From: Macrostomum lignano
Taxonomy: Eukaryota
Direction: 5' to 3'
Length of the DNA stretch: 64,000 bases
Assembly: GCA_002269645.1 (NCBI GenBank)
Contig: NIVC01002393.1
Span: 114,606 to 178,605 of the forward strand
The translations under genes and the position numbers were made by a program. The notes beneath the pieces are model-generated. The model did no database searches. It was given only the letters and a program-made list of their open reading frames with translations, and was not told the DNA's origin. Shown one piece after another: positions 12,302-24,500 of the stretch (position 1 is the stretch's first letter; each line of letters starts with the position of its first letter).

Positions 12302-12802
12302 CAACTGCCGGACACCCTCAGCTAGTCTCCTAAGCATTTAGCCATCACCCCGACGCCGTCGGCTCCTTCAACAGGTGGCACCAGGGGAGTAATGACACGT
12401 GAGCGTGATTTTTTATCATGCTCTTAACATTTCTGAATCATTAAAAAATGAAAAAACCGATTGAATTTACTGGCTTCTTAAAAGCATAACCCTTTCTGCA
12501 TAAAAATTGGGTTCAATATTATAGTTGAATAAACTAAACAGCTTTTCGAATAAAATATGTATTATGCTCGTATGCATAAAAGTATGTGTAATAGTAATAT
12601 AAATATACAGCAACATGAGTTCAAGCTTAACTATAGCAATGTCCGTGCTTTAAAAATTTTGAGAGCTTCAGAAATGTTAAGAGCATGATGAAAAATCACG
12701 CTCAGGTGTCATTACTCCCCTGGTGCCACCTGTTGAAGGTGCCGACGGCGTCGGGGTGCTGGCTGAATGCTTGACTGACTAGCTGAGAATGTCTGGCGGT
12801 TG
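12302..12802. repeat. Inverted repeat: about 136-bp arms (12302-12437 and 12667-12802) around an AT-rich spacer of about 230 bp
   Basis: The right arm ttcagaaatgttaagagcatgatgaaaaatcacgctcaggtgtcattactcccctggtgccacctgttgaagg... is the reverse complement of the left arm with scattered substitutions. Confidence 0.92.
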
Positions 12803-12839
12803 TGTCTAACAGGCACACACTGTAACACCCTGTGTCTAA

Positions 12840-13120
12840 TTTCGGGCTTTTGAAATTTTGGGTTTGTGAAATTTTGGGTTTGTGAAATTTTGGGTTTGTG
12901 AAATTTTGGGTTTGTGAAATTTTGGGTTTGTGAAATTTTGGGTTTGTGAAATTTTGGGTTTGTGAAATTTTGGGTTTGTGAAATTTTGGGTTTGTGAAAT
13001 TTTGGGTTTGTGAAATTTTGGGTTTGTGAAATTTTGGGTTTGTGAAATTTTGGGTTTGTGAAATTTTGGGTTTGTGAAATTTTGGGTTTGTGAAATTTTG
13101 GGTTTGTGAAATTTTGGTTT
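12840..13120. repeat. 16-bp minisatellite
   Basis: aattttgggtttgtga, about 17 copies. Confidence 0.97.
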
Positions 13121-13989
13121 CTAATCTTTCCAGCTCATAAAAGACAGTGTCCTTCGACATCGAGAAAATTCGCTGTTCTTTGGAAACTTCCACGCCTCCC
13201 GCTCCCCCTGGCCAGCCTATCCATTGCTTTTGGGTGGGGCAGAGGTTCCGCTTTCCAATGTGCGTTTCGGACACGCTTCTCCTGCCAATGAGCAGTTGCA
13301 AGTTTTGCCACAGATCAATAAGTATTTCTAATAAGTTACTGGTGTGCGGGTAGGGGCCAACTCTGCTGTGCGTTTCTGTGCTGTGCCTTGACGTCTGGCT
13401 TTTCTCTCCCAGCCTTCCCTCCAACCAGCATTCGCCCTTCTGTAGCAGCTCTGCCTGAAATTTCTGCCCCTCTGTCTCTTCCTTTTATCTCAAGTACCGC
13501 GTTTGCTTGCTGCAGAACCGCCCGTCTGCTTTTGCGAGTTCCGCCTTCTCTGTGGCCTGCGAGTCTCTGCCTGCCGCTTCATCAGCTAACTGGCGAGTTC
13601 AAAATCATAACTGGTGATTGGTGAGTCTTGATCTGCCCTGCTTCAGTCTGCTGGGTTGGCATTGGAGTGAGCTGTCAATTAGGCTTGCGATTGCTCACTA
13701 ACCAAATGTTTTAAGCTGAATTTGCAGGCTACCCTTTGCTTTTTTCTAACTCCCTCCTTCTCTCCACTTGCAAGGAATCAAGGAAGCAAGGAAAAATAAA
13801 TAAAATACAACAGGGAAAATGTGCTGGGCCCCTGGTGCTGGCGCCCCTGCCCAGTGTCAAAATTCGAGTCCCTACCTACCTTCTCCCTTTCTCCCCTCCT
13901 TCTCCCTCCCTCCCTCTTTCTCCCTTCCTCCCTCTTTCTCCCTTCCTCCCTCCTTCTCCCTCCCTCTTCTCTTCTCCCTCACCTACTTC

Positions 13990-15200
13990 TCCCTCAGTCT
14001 CACCTCTTTATCTCCACTTCCCTCTCAGTCTCACCTCTTTATCTCGACCTGCCTCTCAGTCTCACCTCTCCATCTGCACCTCCTCTCTCAGTCTCACCTC
14101 TCCATCTGCACCTCCTCTCTCAGTCTCACCTCTCCATCTGCACCTCCTCTCTCAGTCTCACCTCTCCATCTGCACCTCCTCTCTCAGTCTCACCTCTCCA
14201 TCTGCACCTCCTCTCTCAGTCTCACCTCTCCATCTGCACCTCCTCTCTCAGTCTCACCTCTCCATCTGCACCTCCTCTCTCAGTCTCACCTCTCCATCTC
14301 CACCTGCCTCTCAGTCTCACCTCTCCATCTGCACCTCCTCTCTCAGTCTCACCTCTCCATCTGCACCTCCTCTCTCAGTCTCACCTCTCCATCTGCACCT
14401 CCTCTCTCAGTCTCACCTCTCCATCTGCACCTCCTCTCTCAGTCTCACCTCTCCATCTGCACCTCCTCTCTCAGTCTCACCTCTCCATCTGCACCTCCTC
14501 TCTCAGTCTCACCTCTCCATCTGCACCTCCTCTCTCAGTCTCACCTCTCCATCTCCACCTGCCTCTCAGTCTCACCTCTCCATCTCCCTCTCAGTCTCAC
14601 CTCTCCATCTCCACTTCCCTCTCAGTCTCACCTCTCCATCTCCACTTCCCTCTCAGTCTCACCTCTCCATCTCCACCTGCCTCTCAGTCTCACCTCTCCA
14701 TCTCCACCTCCCTCTCGGTCTCACCTCTCCATCTCCACCTGCCTCTCAGTCTCACCTCTCCATCTCCACCTCCCTCTCGGTCTCACCTCTCCATCTCCAC
14801 TTCCCTCTCAGTCTCACCTCTCCATCTCCACCTCCCTCTCAGTCTCACCTCTCCATCTCCACCTGCCTCTCAGTCTCACCTCTCCATCTCCACCTCCCTC
14901 TCGGTCTCACCTCTCCATCTCCACCTGCCTCTCAGTCTCACCTCTCCATCTCCACCTCCCTCTCGGTCTCACCTCTCCATCTCCACCTGCCTCTCAGTCT
15001 CACCTCTCCATCTCCACCTCCCTCTCGGTCTCACCTCTCCATCTCCACCTGCCTCTCAGTCTCACCTCTCCATCTCTACCTCCCTCTCGGTCTCACCTCT
15101 CCATCTCCACCTGCCTCTCAGTCTCACCTCTCCATCTCCACCTGCCTCTCGGTCTCACCTCTTTATCTCCACTTCCCTCTCAGTCTCACCTCTCCAGATC
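13990..15200. repeat. 31-32-bp C/T-rich minisatellite, same family as 2880-3710
   Basis: cagtctcacctctccatctgcacctcctctct and variants. Confidence 0.95.
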
Positions 15201-15470
15201 TACCTACCATTCGTAAATAATTCGTAAACAGCTGACATGGTATAAGGAGTACTAAAATTCTTGATTAGCAATTTAGAGTATCGAGAGCAAGCAATAAGTC
15301 AAAGGAAATGTACATAATTTGTAAAGGCTTGCCCATGGCTTTTCCGTGGTGAGTCCCTCAAAAAGCTTGACTAATCGAGAACGTACATATGTACGCTCGT
15401 GTTTTTTTAATGTGTCCTTTTTAGAGATGGAAAGGAGAGTTTGCGCTGTGTTTCAGCCTGCAACAGGGAA

Positions 15471-15615
15471 GGAGAGGGGAGTAAAGAGTCAAGCTGCCAG
15501 CCCCCCCCCCCCCCTCAATGGCTGGGGTGGCAACACGCACCCGCACGATTTGCCGGACAGACTGGCCGAGAAAGGGCCACATACCCCAACATGTGCGAGC
15601 TTAGTGGGATATTAA
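15471..15615 (+). promoter_or_regulatory. Conserved upstream module, copy B
   Basis: Homologous to 5388-5484 and 11684-11848; followed by 5'UTR intron 15738-15915 and the methyltransferase ATG. Confidence 0.45.
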
Positions 15616-15923
15616 TTGCCTGGAACCAAACGGATTTCTCATCTCTCTCCATCGAAGCCTTAAGCTAAAACCGTTCTTGTGACATTTAAGCGTTTTGTAA
15701 GTCCTATTCAAGCACTGTCGATCATTCTTGGCAACAGGTAAATGGAAGTGCACTAAATACTCAGGGTTACAAAATAGAAAACTGCTGCTGGTCTGATGGG
15801 AATTTATAATGCGAGCTGTGTGCATAAACTATATGTGTATAGATTAGTTTTGAGTAATTGAGCTTGACGTGTAGGAAAGCATTAACAATGTTATCTATCA
15901 ATTCCCTTTTCACAGGATACAAG

Positions 15924-16769
15924 ATGACACACTACGGAGGGCCTGCCGTGGCTGCCATTGAAGAACAGATGGCTGCCGTGAATATTCATGGCGAGCCGGT
16001 CGGAGAGCTTGGATGGGATGAATTGCCAGATGAAAAAGATATACCTATCAATGAAGACAATTACTCTCGCATCAGACTGCGTTTAGATAAACCGCCGCAG
16101 CCCAGCACATGCTACGTGTTCCTTGGAGACGGAAAGGAAAATTGCACGTTTAGCGGGGCGTTTGCACAACTGCGTCGCTCGTCGCGGGGAATCTTTTCTA
16201 CTGACATTTCGGTTGAGATAGAAGAAGAAGAAGAAGAAGAACAAGTAGAACAAGTAGAACAAGTAGAACAAGAAGAACAAGAAGAACAAGAACAAGACGA
16301 CTGGCCCAAACGACTGCGTATTGACGCTACAAAGATGGGAGAAAACAGAGGTGAATTTTTACTGAAGCTTTACCCCAATCAGGAGAAGCCATCTCGCATC
16401 GTCCTGTGGTTCCAGTGTCCTTGGACAGCCTATGGTCAGGACAATCAGGAACTATTCCTAAGGGACATAATGGCAGCTGCGGCAAAAGTTCAAAACCCTG
16501 GCGAGCTGCTGCTCATCGGGCTGTGTGTGGATACGTTCCTGTTTCATTTAGCATCGTACGTTAAGCGGTACGGCTCGCCGAAAGCAGCTGCAGAAGCTAA
16601 CGGCTACAAGTGCATGGGAGCCGACCAGGAATTTGTTGGTGAAATGCGGAGCAGAGGGTACGAGCACCGCGCCTCTACAGACAGGAAGTTGGGTCTGGAA
16701 AGAAACGACCAATTCGCCACGCTGTTGTTCCAACGGAAAAAGCCTGACCCGCACCCAACACAGGGCTAA
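15924..16769 (+). CDS. BMT5/DUF2431-like SAM-dependent methyltransferase, copy B, 281 aa, single coding exon
   Basis: Motif order matches DUF2431 as I recall it: YVFLGDGKENCTFS (cf. LLVGEGNFSFS), IFST, RIDATKM (cf. VDATKL), IVLWFQCPW (cf. IIFNFPH), NQELFLRDIMAAAAKVQNPGELLLIGL (cf. N..LL..FF..A...L...GEIHVTL), RGYEHR (cf. PGY.HR). ATG follows the acceptor cacag|gatacaag as in copy A. Needs HMM confirmation. Confidence 0.75.
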   Translation: MTHYGGPAVAAIEEQMAAVNIHGEPVGELGWDELPDEKDIPINEDNYSRIRLRLDKPPQPSTCYVFLGDGKENCTFSGAFAQLRRSSRGIFSTDISVEIEEEEEEEQVEQVEQVEQEEQEEQEQDDWPKRLRIDATKMGENRGEFLLKLYPNQEKPSRIVLWFQCPWTAYGQDNQELFLRDIMAAAAKVQNPGELLLIGLCVDTFLFHLASYVKRYGSPKAAAEANGYKCMGADQEFVGEMRSRGYEHRASTDRKLGLERNDQFATLLFQRKKPDPHPTQG

Positions 16770-16829
16770 CACCTGCTCGAGGAATAATTTAGAACAACAA
16801 ACTCACTACGAATTTTGTTTTTAACAATT

Positions 16830-17140
16830 GCTGATTCAGCCCTTTAATGTATTCACTGCTGATTCAGCCCTTTAATGTATTCACTGCTGATTCAGCCCTT
16901 AAATGTATTCACTGCTGATTCAGCCCTTAAATGTCTTCACTGCTGATTCAGCCCTTTAATGTATTCACTGCTGATTCAGCCCTTAAATGTATTCACTGCT
17001 GATTCAGCCCTTAAATGTATTCACTGCTGATTCAGCCCTTAAATGTATTCACTGCTGATTCAGCCCTTAAATGTATTCACTGCTGATTCAGCCCTTAAAT
17101 GTATTCACTGCTGATTCAGCCTTTTAATCTACTCACTGCA
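16830..17140. repeat. 28-bp minisatellite just 3' of methyltransferase copy B
   Basis: tgctgattcagcccttaaatgtattcac, about 10 copies. Confidence 0.95.
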
Positions 17141-17339
17141 TATTTTGCCTTCAATGTAGGCCGCAATTCTGCCAGTATCTGAGTCTAAATAAACTAAAAC
17201 GCTTCCTTAACACAAAGCTTACTTGATATGCAATTTATATTCAATCTAAAACAACACATGATTAAAACCTGCAAGGCTCTGTATAAAACTTCTTAAACCG
17301 AAAATTAGACCAAACAAAGAGGCCAATTCCCAAATCCCA

Positions 17340-19500
17340 ATATAACCACCCAAATTCTAATCATGATCTCCCAAATCCCAATCAGCATCTCCCAAATCCC
17401 AATCAGCATCTCCCAAATCCCAATCAGCATCTCCCAAATCCCAAAGAGAAAAGGGGAGGGGAGAGAAGAGGGGAGAGAAGAGGGGAGATCAGCATCTCCC
17501 AAATCCCAATCAGCATCTCCCAAATCCCAATCAGCATCTCCCAAATCCCAATCAGCATCTCCCAAATCCCAATCAGCATCTCACAAATCCCAATCAGCAT
17601 CTCCCAAATCCCAATCAGCATCTCCCAAATCCCAATCAGCATCTCCTAAATCCCAATCAGCATCTCCCAAATCCCAATCAGCATCTCCCAAATCCCAAGA
17701 AGTCCTTGAGAGGGAAATAGAGAGGAAAGAGAAGACAAGAGAGGGGAGAGAAAAGTGGAGGGGAAAGAAGAGGGGAGGCGAGAGAAGAGGGGAGAGAAGA
17801 GGGGAGAGAAGAGGGGAGAGAAGAGGGGAGAGAGAAGAGGGGAGAGAAGAGGGGAGGCGAGAGAAGAGGGGAGGGGAGAGAAGGGGAGAGAAGAGGGGAA
17901 AGAAGAGGGGAGAGAAGAGGGGAGAGAGAAGAGGGGAGAGAAGAGGGGAGGCGAGAGAAGAGGGGAGGGGAGAGAAGGGGAGAGAGAAGAGGGGAGAGAA
18001 GAGGGGAGAGAAGAGGGGAGGGGAGAGAAAAGGGGAGGGGAGAGAAGAGGGGAGAGAAGAGGGGAGATCAGCATCTCCCAAATCCCAATCAGCATCTCCC
18101 AAATCCCAATCAGCATCTCCCAAATCCCAATCAGCATCTCCCAAATCCCAATCAGCATCTCCCAAATCCCAATCAGCATCTCACAAATCCCAATCAGCAT
18201 CTCCCAAATCCCAATCAGCATCTCCCAAATCCCAATCAGCATCTCCTAAATCCCAATCAGCATCTCCCAAATCCCAATCAGCATCTCCCAAATCCCAATC
18301 AGCATCTCCAAATCCCAATCAGAATCTCCCAAATCCCAAATCCCAATCAGCATCTCCCAAATCCCAATCAGCATCTCCCAAATCCCAAATCCCAATCAGC
18401 ATCTCCCAAATCCCAATCAGCATCTCCCAAATCCCAATCAGCATCTCCCAAATCCCAATCAGCATCTCCTAAATCCCAATCAGCATCTCCCAAACCCCAA
18501 TCAGCATCTCCCAAATCCCAATCACCATCTCCAAATCCCAATCAGAATCTCCCAAATCCCAAATCCCAATCAGCATCTCCCAAATCCCAATCAGCATCTC
18601 CAAATCCCAATCAGAATCTCCCAAATCCCAAATCCCAATCAGCATCTCCAAATCCCAATCAGCATCTCCAAATCCCAATCAGAATCTCCCAAATCCCAAT
18701 CAGCATCTCCCAAATCCCAATCAGCATCTCCCAAATCCCAATCAGCATCTCCCAAATCCCAATCAGCATCTCCCAAATCCCAATCAGCATCTCCCAAATC
18801 CCAATCAGCATCTCCCAAATCTCAATCAGCATCTCCCAAATCCCAATCAGCATCTCCCAAATCCCAATCAGCATCTCCCAAATCCCAATCAGCATCTCCC
18901 AAATCCCAATCAGCATCTCCCAAATCCCAATCAGCATCTCCCAAATCCCAATCAGCATCTCCCAAATCCCAATCAGCATCTCCCAAATCCCAATCAGCAT
19001 CTCCCAAATCCCAATCAGCATCTCCCAAATCCCAATCAGCATCTCCCAAATCCCAATCAGCATCTCCCAAATCCCAATCAGCATCTCCCAAATCCCAATC
19101 AGCATCTCCCAAATCCCAATCAGCATCTCCCAAATCCCAATCAGCATCTCCCAAATCCCAATCAGCATCTCCCAAATCCCAATCAGCATCTCCCAAATCC
19201 CAATCAGCATCTCCCAAATCCCAATCAGCATCTCCCAAATCCCAATCAGCATCTCCCAAATCCCAATCAGCATCTCCCAAATCCCAATCAGCATCTCCCA
19301 AATCCCAATCAGCATCTCCCAAATCCCAATCAGCATCTCCCAAATCCCAATCAGCATCTCCCAAATCCCAATCAGCATCTCCCAAATCCCAATCAGCATC
19401 TCCCAAATCCCAATCAGCATCTCCCAAATCCCAATCAGCATCTCCCAAATCCCAATCAGCATCTCCCAAATCCCAATCAGCATCTCCCAAATCCCAATCC
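17340..19500. repeat. 21-bp minisatellite interleaved with AG-rich blocks
   Basis: ctcccaaatcccaatcagcat, about 80 copies; gagaagagggga-type blocks at about 17445-17487 and 17700-18067. Confidence 0.97.
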
Positions 19501-19822
19501 AGCAGTTGATTAAAAGCACAGATTAATCAGAAAGCCGAAAGTCAACACTACCAATTGAATGTGCATTAGTAGCAATTCTTTCTTTTCAAAATTGCCAAAA
19601 GAGACGTGCAATGAACAGCTAAAGGTTTATGCATTTATAGAACTGGGATCAACAATAGTAATTATATGATTATACTATCATTATAATATTGTACAGAAAC
19701 GAGACACTGCACAGGAACTCAACAGTGGGGTGGGTTGCGTAGCGGTGCGAGAGGATAACCGTTTAAAGAACAAAAATCACTTTGATTCCAAGGGATCGAA
19801 TAATCGAGAGGACAGACTGAAC

Positions 19823-20360
19823 CAGGGGTCGGCAGACTTTCTTACATTAAAGGGTCAGATGAGTCATGCAGCTCATGGCTGCGGGCCAGATGGGAGAGGA
19901 AGGGGGATAGAGATAAGAGTAGAGAAGAGGAGGGAAGAGAGAGATGAGAGGAGACAGACCTTGAGAGGGGAGGGGAGAGAAGAGGGGAGGGGAGAGAAGA
20001 GGGGAGGGGAGAGAAGAGGGGAGGGGAGAGAAGAGGGAAGGGGAGAGAAGAGGGGAGAGAAGAGGGCAGAGAAGAGGGGAGAGAAGAGAAAGGGCTCGGG
20101 AGAGAAGAGGGGAGAGAGAAGAGAGAAGAGGTAGAGAGAGATAGAAGAGGGGAGAGAAGAGGGGAGAGAAGAGAAAGGGAGAAGAGGGGAGAGAAGAGGG
20201 GAGAGAGAAGAGAGAAGAGGTAGAGAGAGATAGAAGAGGGGAGAGAAGAGGGGAGAGAAGAGAGCTCAGAAGAGCCACAAGCCTTGAGCGGGCCGGATTG
20301 CAATCGTGAAATGTCTCAAAAGACCCCCCGGCTTGGCGGGCTGGGGTCAGCCGACCCCTG
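19823..20360. mobile_element. Non-autonomous hAT (Charlie-like) MITE with an internal AG-rich tract
   Basis: TIRs CAGGGGTCGGC and GCCGACCCCTG, internal gcgggcc motifs. Flanking 8-mers gactgaac/gacaaagt match only partly. Confidence 0.75.
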
Positions 20361-21039
20361 GACAAAGTGAGGTTGAATAGCAGACAGACGAAGTTAATAA
20401 AGCATCTAAGGTGAATTTTAAAAAGCAAAAAGAACAGACAGACCCAATTAATGATCTGGAATTGATGGCACGGTGATCACAGAAGATAAATTAGTTTTGC
20501 AGTTTTCTCTGTTCGAACTGAGCATTCAACCGCTTGTGAATAACTCGAAACTGATCAAGATGTTAACAATATATGTTAGTATAGTTAATATATAACGCTA
20601 CACTAAAACTTCCACTTGGGCAATTCTGGATAGAAGATTGAAGTTTAAGGTCAGATTAATGGAGTCGCGGAGACAAAGCGAATAATATATTGAGTTGCAA
20701 TGCAAAAAAGCAATTGGTTTATCAATTTTACAGAAAATTAGCTAAGGAGGGCCTAGATTAATTGGTTAGTACTCTCATTAATAAATAATTAGTATGCGTA
20801 CGTAGAGGGATATAATCAGCAATTGTACACTAAAGCAAATATAGTAAATGATTTCAATGCTCTTCGCCAATGATTAACTTCATATAATAACTTTTTAATT
20901 AGTTTATTTGATGATGTAAACAGTTTGCCACACGATAAAGAACATTTGAAGGTCATCTGTTCTTCGATGAAACACTAGTGTTTATAATTTTTTTAATTAT
21001 GACCATAAACGATCGGTTTTTAGTATCCAAACAATGACA

Positions 21040-21370
21040 ATGACCTTGAATGACCTGTTATTAGTATCTGAACAATGACCTTAAATGATTTCTTATCAGC
21101 ATTTGAACAATGACCTTAAATGACCTGTTATTAGTATCTGAAGCTTGACCTTAAATGACCTGTCATTAGCATCTGAACAATGACCTTGAATGACCTGTTA
21201 TTATTATCTGAACAATGACTTTAAATGACCTGTTTTTAGCATCTGAACAATGACCTTGAATGACCTGTTATTATTATCTGAACAATGACCTTAAATAACC
21301 TGTTATTAGCAACTGAACAATGACCTTGAATGACCTGTTATTATTATCTGAAGCTTGACCTTAAATGACC
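21040..21370. repeat. About 35-bp minisatellite downstream of the HECTD1 stop
   Basis: tgaacaatgaccttgaatgacctgttattattatc, about 9 copies. Confidence 0.9.
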
Positions 21371-21588
21371 TCAAATTAGTGTCCTAACGATTTTATACCC
21401 AATCAAAACCCAATGACCCACCACCTGATTTCCACCCCCAATAATTACCTAATGATGCAGCAGCACATTAAACAGTTTCAAAAGCCAAAAGACAGACAGA
21501 TCCAACCCAGAAGCAACAATGACAGGGAAGGGCAACACCGATTCAATAAACAACAGCAACAAAGTTCAAGCCGTCATCCTCAACCGAC

Positions 21589-24500
21589 TCAATTGAGGTG
21601 AAATCCCTTCTCCAGAGTGGCCACAAGGATCCGATCTCGCATGACAGCTGAGCACGAGTACTCAGGCAGTTTCAGATAGTGCAGACAGGTGTTCACAGAC
21701 GGATAGGAGCCATCGCTAGAGTCGTGCTTGCGGACAATGGTGAGTCTGGGATGAAGATTTCTGAGTCCGCCCGGTGGCAGACTTGAGCAGCCGGTGGCGA
21801 ACTGCAGGAACTGCTTCCTCTCGGCTGGGTTAAACTCGGTGAGCACATCGGCCAGCATGAGCACAGTTGGATGGTCTCTATGGTAACCGTTCTTGGGTTC
21901 CGTGTGCTCCAGAATGTCTTCTCTGGTCCATTCGGGCGCCTGCTCGCCGCAGAGCAGAGAGCGGAGCTCCTCCGGGGTGAACAGCCTCAGGCGGTGCATG
22001 GGGAACACGGAGTCGAATCCGTTTTTGAGCGCTTCCAGCTGAGCGCGCAGACCGGTATCCAGCGCGTACTGGCGCGTGAGGGCAGCGAACTCAGCAAGGT
22101 TGGACAGGGTCACCGGTTCCGGGCTGGCCTCGAACAGGGTTGCCAGGGGGGCGGACTCGGCGGCTTCCGCTGGGGCTGAAATTTTAACAGGGGGCGGATG
22201 ATGGAGAGGTTGAGGGCGGATGATGGGGAGTTTGAGGGGGCGGATGATGAGGAGGTTGAGGGGCGCGATGATGGGGAGGTTGAGGGGGCGGATGATGGGG
22301 AGTTTGAGGGGGCGGATATGCCAGACAGCTAGGAAGCGGATATGCCAGACAGGTAGGGAGCGGATATGCCAGACAGGTAGGGAGCGGATATGCCAGACAG
22401 GTAGGGAGCGGATATGCCACACAGGTAGGGGGCGGATATCACAGGTAGAGGGCGGATATTCCACACAGGTAGGGGGCGGATATTACAGGTAGGGGCGGAT
22501 ATGCCAGACAGGTAGGGGGCGGATATGCCAGACAGGTAGGGGGCGGATATGCCACACAGGTAGGGGCGGATATGCCACACAGGTAGGGGGCGGATATGCC
22601 ACACAGGTAGGGGGCGGATATCAAAGGTAGAGGGCGGATATTCCACACAGGTAGGGGGCGGATATCACAGGTAGAGGGCGGATATTCCACACAGGTAGGG
22701 GGCGGATATGCCACACAGGTAGGGGCGGATATGCCAGACAGGTAGGGGGCGGATATGCCAGACAGGTAGGGGGCGGATATCACAGGTAGAGGGCGGATAT
22801 TCCACACAGGTAGGGGGCGGATATTACAGGTAGGGGCGGATATGCCAGACAGGTAGGGGGCGGATATGCCAGACAGGTAGGGGGCGGATATCACAGGTAG
22901 AGGGCGGATATTCCACACAGGTAGGGGGCGGATATTACAGGTAGGGGCGGATATGCCAGACAGGTAGGGGGCGGATATGCCAGACAGGTAGGGGGCGGAT
23001 ATGCCACACAGGTAGGGGCGGATATGCCACACAGGTAGGGGGCGGATATGCCACACAGGTAGGGGGCGGATATCAAAGGTAGAGGGCGGATATTCCACAC
23101 AGGTAGGGGGCGGATATTACAGGTAGAGGGCGGATATTCCACACAGGTAGGGGGCGGATATTCCACACAGGTAGGGGGCGGATATGCCAGACAGGTAGGG
23201 GGCGGATATGCCACACAGGTAGGGGCGGATATGCCACACAGGTAGGGGGCGGATATGCCACACAGGTAGGGGGCGGATATCACATGTAGGGGGCGGATAT
23301 CACAGGTAGGGGCGGATAGTACAGGTAGGGGGCGGATATGCCAGATAGGTAGGCGGCGGCTATTACAGGTAGGGAGCGGATACGCCAGACAGGTAGGGGG
23401 CGGATATCACAGGTAGGGGGCGGATATCATAGGTAGGGGGCGGATATCATAGGTAGGGGGCGGATATGCCACACAGGTAGGGGGCGGATATGCCACACAG
23501 GTAGGGGGCGGATATCATAGGTAGGGGGCGGATATCACAGGTAGGGGGCGGATATGCTAGACAGCTAGGAAGCGGATATGCCAGACAGGTAGGGAGCGGA
23601 TATGCCAGACAGGTAGGGGGCGGATATCACAGGTAGAGGGCGGATATTCCACACAGGTAGGGGGCGGATATTACAGGTAGGGGCGGATAGTACAGGTAGG
23701 GGGCGGATATGCCAGAAAGGTAGGGGGCGGCTATTACAGGTAGGGAGCGGATACGCCAGACAGGTAGGGGGCGGATATCACAGGTAGGGGGCGGATATGC
23801 CAGACAGGTAGGGGGCGGATATGCCAGACAGGTAGGGGGCGGATATGCCACACAGGTAGGGGGCGGATATCAAAGGTAGGGGCGGATAGTACAGGTAGGG
23901 GGCGGATATGCCAGACAGGTAGGCGGCGGCTATTACAGGTAGGGGGCGGATATGCCAGACAGGTAGGCGGCGGCTATTACAGGTAGGGAGCGGATACGCC
24001 AGACAGGTAGGGGGCGGATATGCCAGACAGGTAGGGGGCGGATATGCCAGACAGGTAGGGGGCGGATATGCCACACAGGTAGGGGGCGGATATGCCACAC
24101 AGGTAGGGGGCGGATATCATAGGTAGGGGGCGGATATCACAGGTAGGGGGCGGATATCACAGGTAGGGGGCGGATATGCTAGACAGCTAGGAAGCGGATA
24201 TGCTAGACAGCTAGGAAGCGGATATGCCAGACAGGTTGGGGACAGATATGCCAGACAGGTAGGGAGCGGATATGCCAGACAGGTAGGGGGCGGATATCAC
24301 AGGTAGAGGGCAGATATTCCACACAGGTAGGGGGCGGATATTACAGGTAGGGGCGGATAGTACAGGTAGGGGGCGGATATGCCAGACAGGTAGGGGCGGC
24401 TATTACAGGTAGGGAGTGGATACGTCAGACAGGTAGGGGGCGGATATCACAGGTAGGGGGCGGATATGCCAGACAGGTAGGGGGCGGATATGCCACACAG

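Larger units (their letters stand above)
8797..12400 (-). pseudogene. Possible decayed leucine-rich-repeat (RI-like) gene, fragmentary
   Basis: Minus-strand fragments with LRR-like wording: GADGVGVMAKCL (~12340-12370), GVRQLRLAYCRGL...V*KLRL...DLAKLH* (~12320-12100), VIGCDGVKNF (~10790), INFVTEDGL (~8860). Interrupted by stops and repeats; no full gene model could be built. Confidence 0.3.

Noticed and set aside
12217-12740. caacaggtggcac as a CTCF-like motif, three copies
   Set aside because: The match is imperfect and the copies are explained by the local duplication.
13134-13621. Possible exon between acceptor ctttccag and donor gtgagt
   Set aside because: No frame stays open across it on either strand and I recognise no homology.
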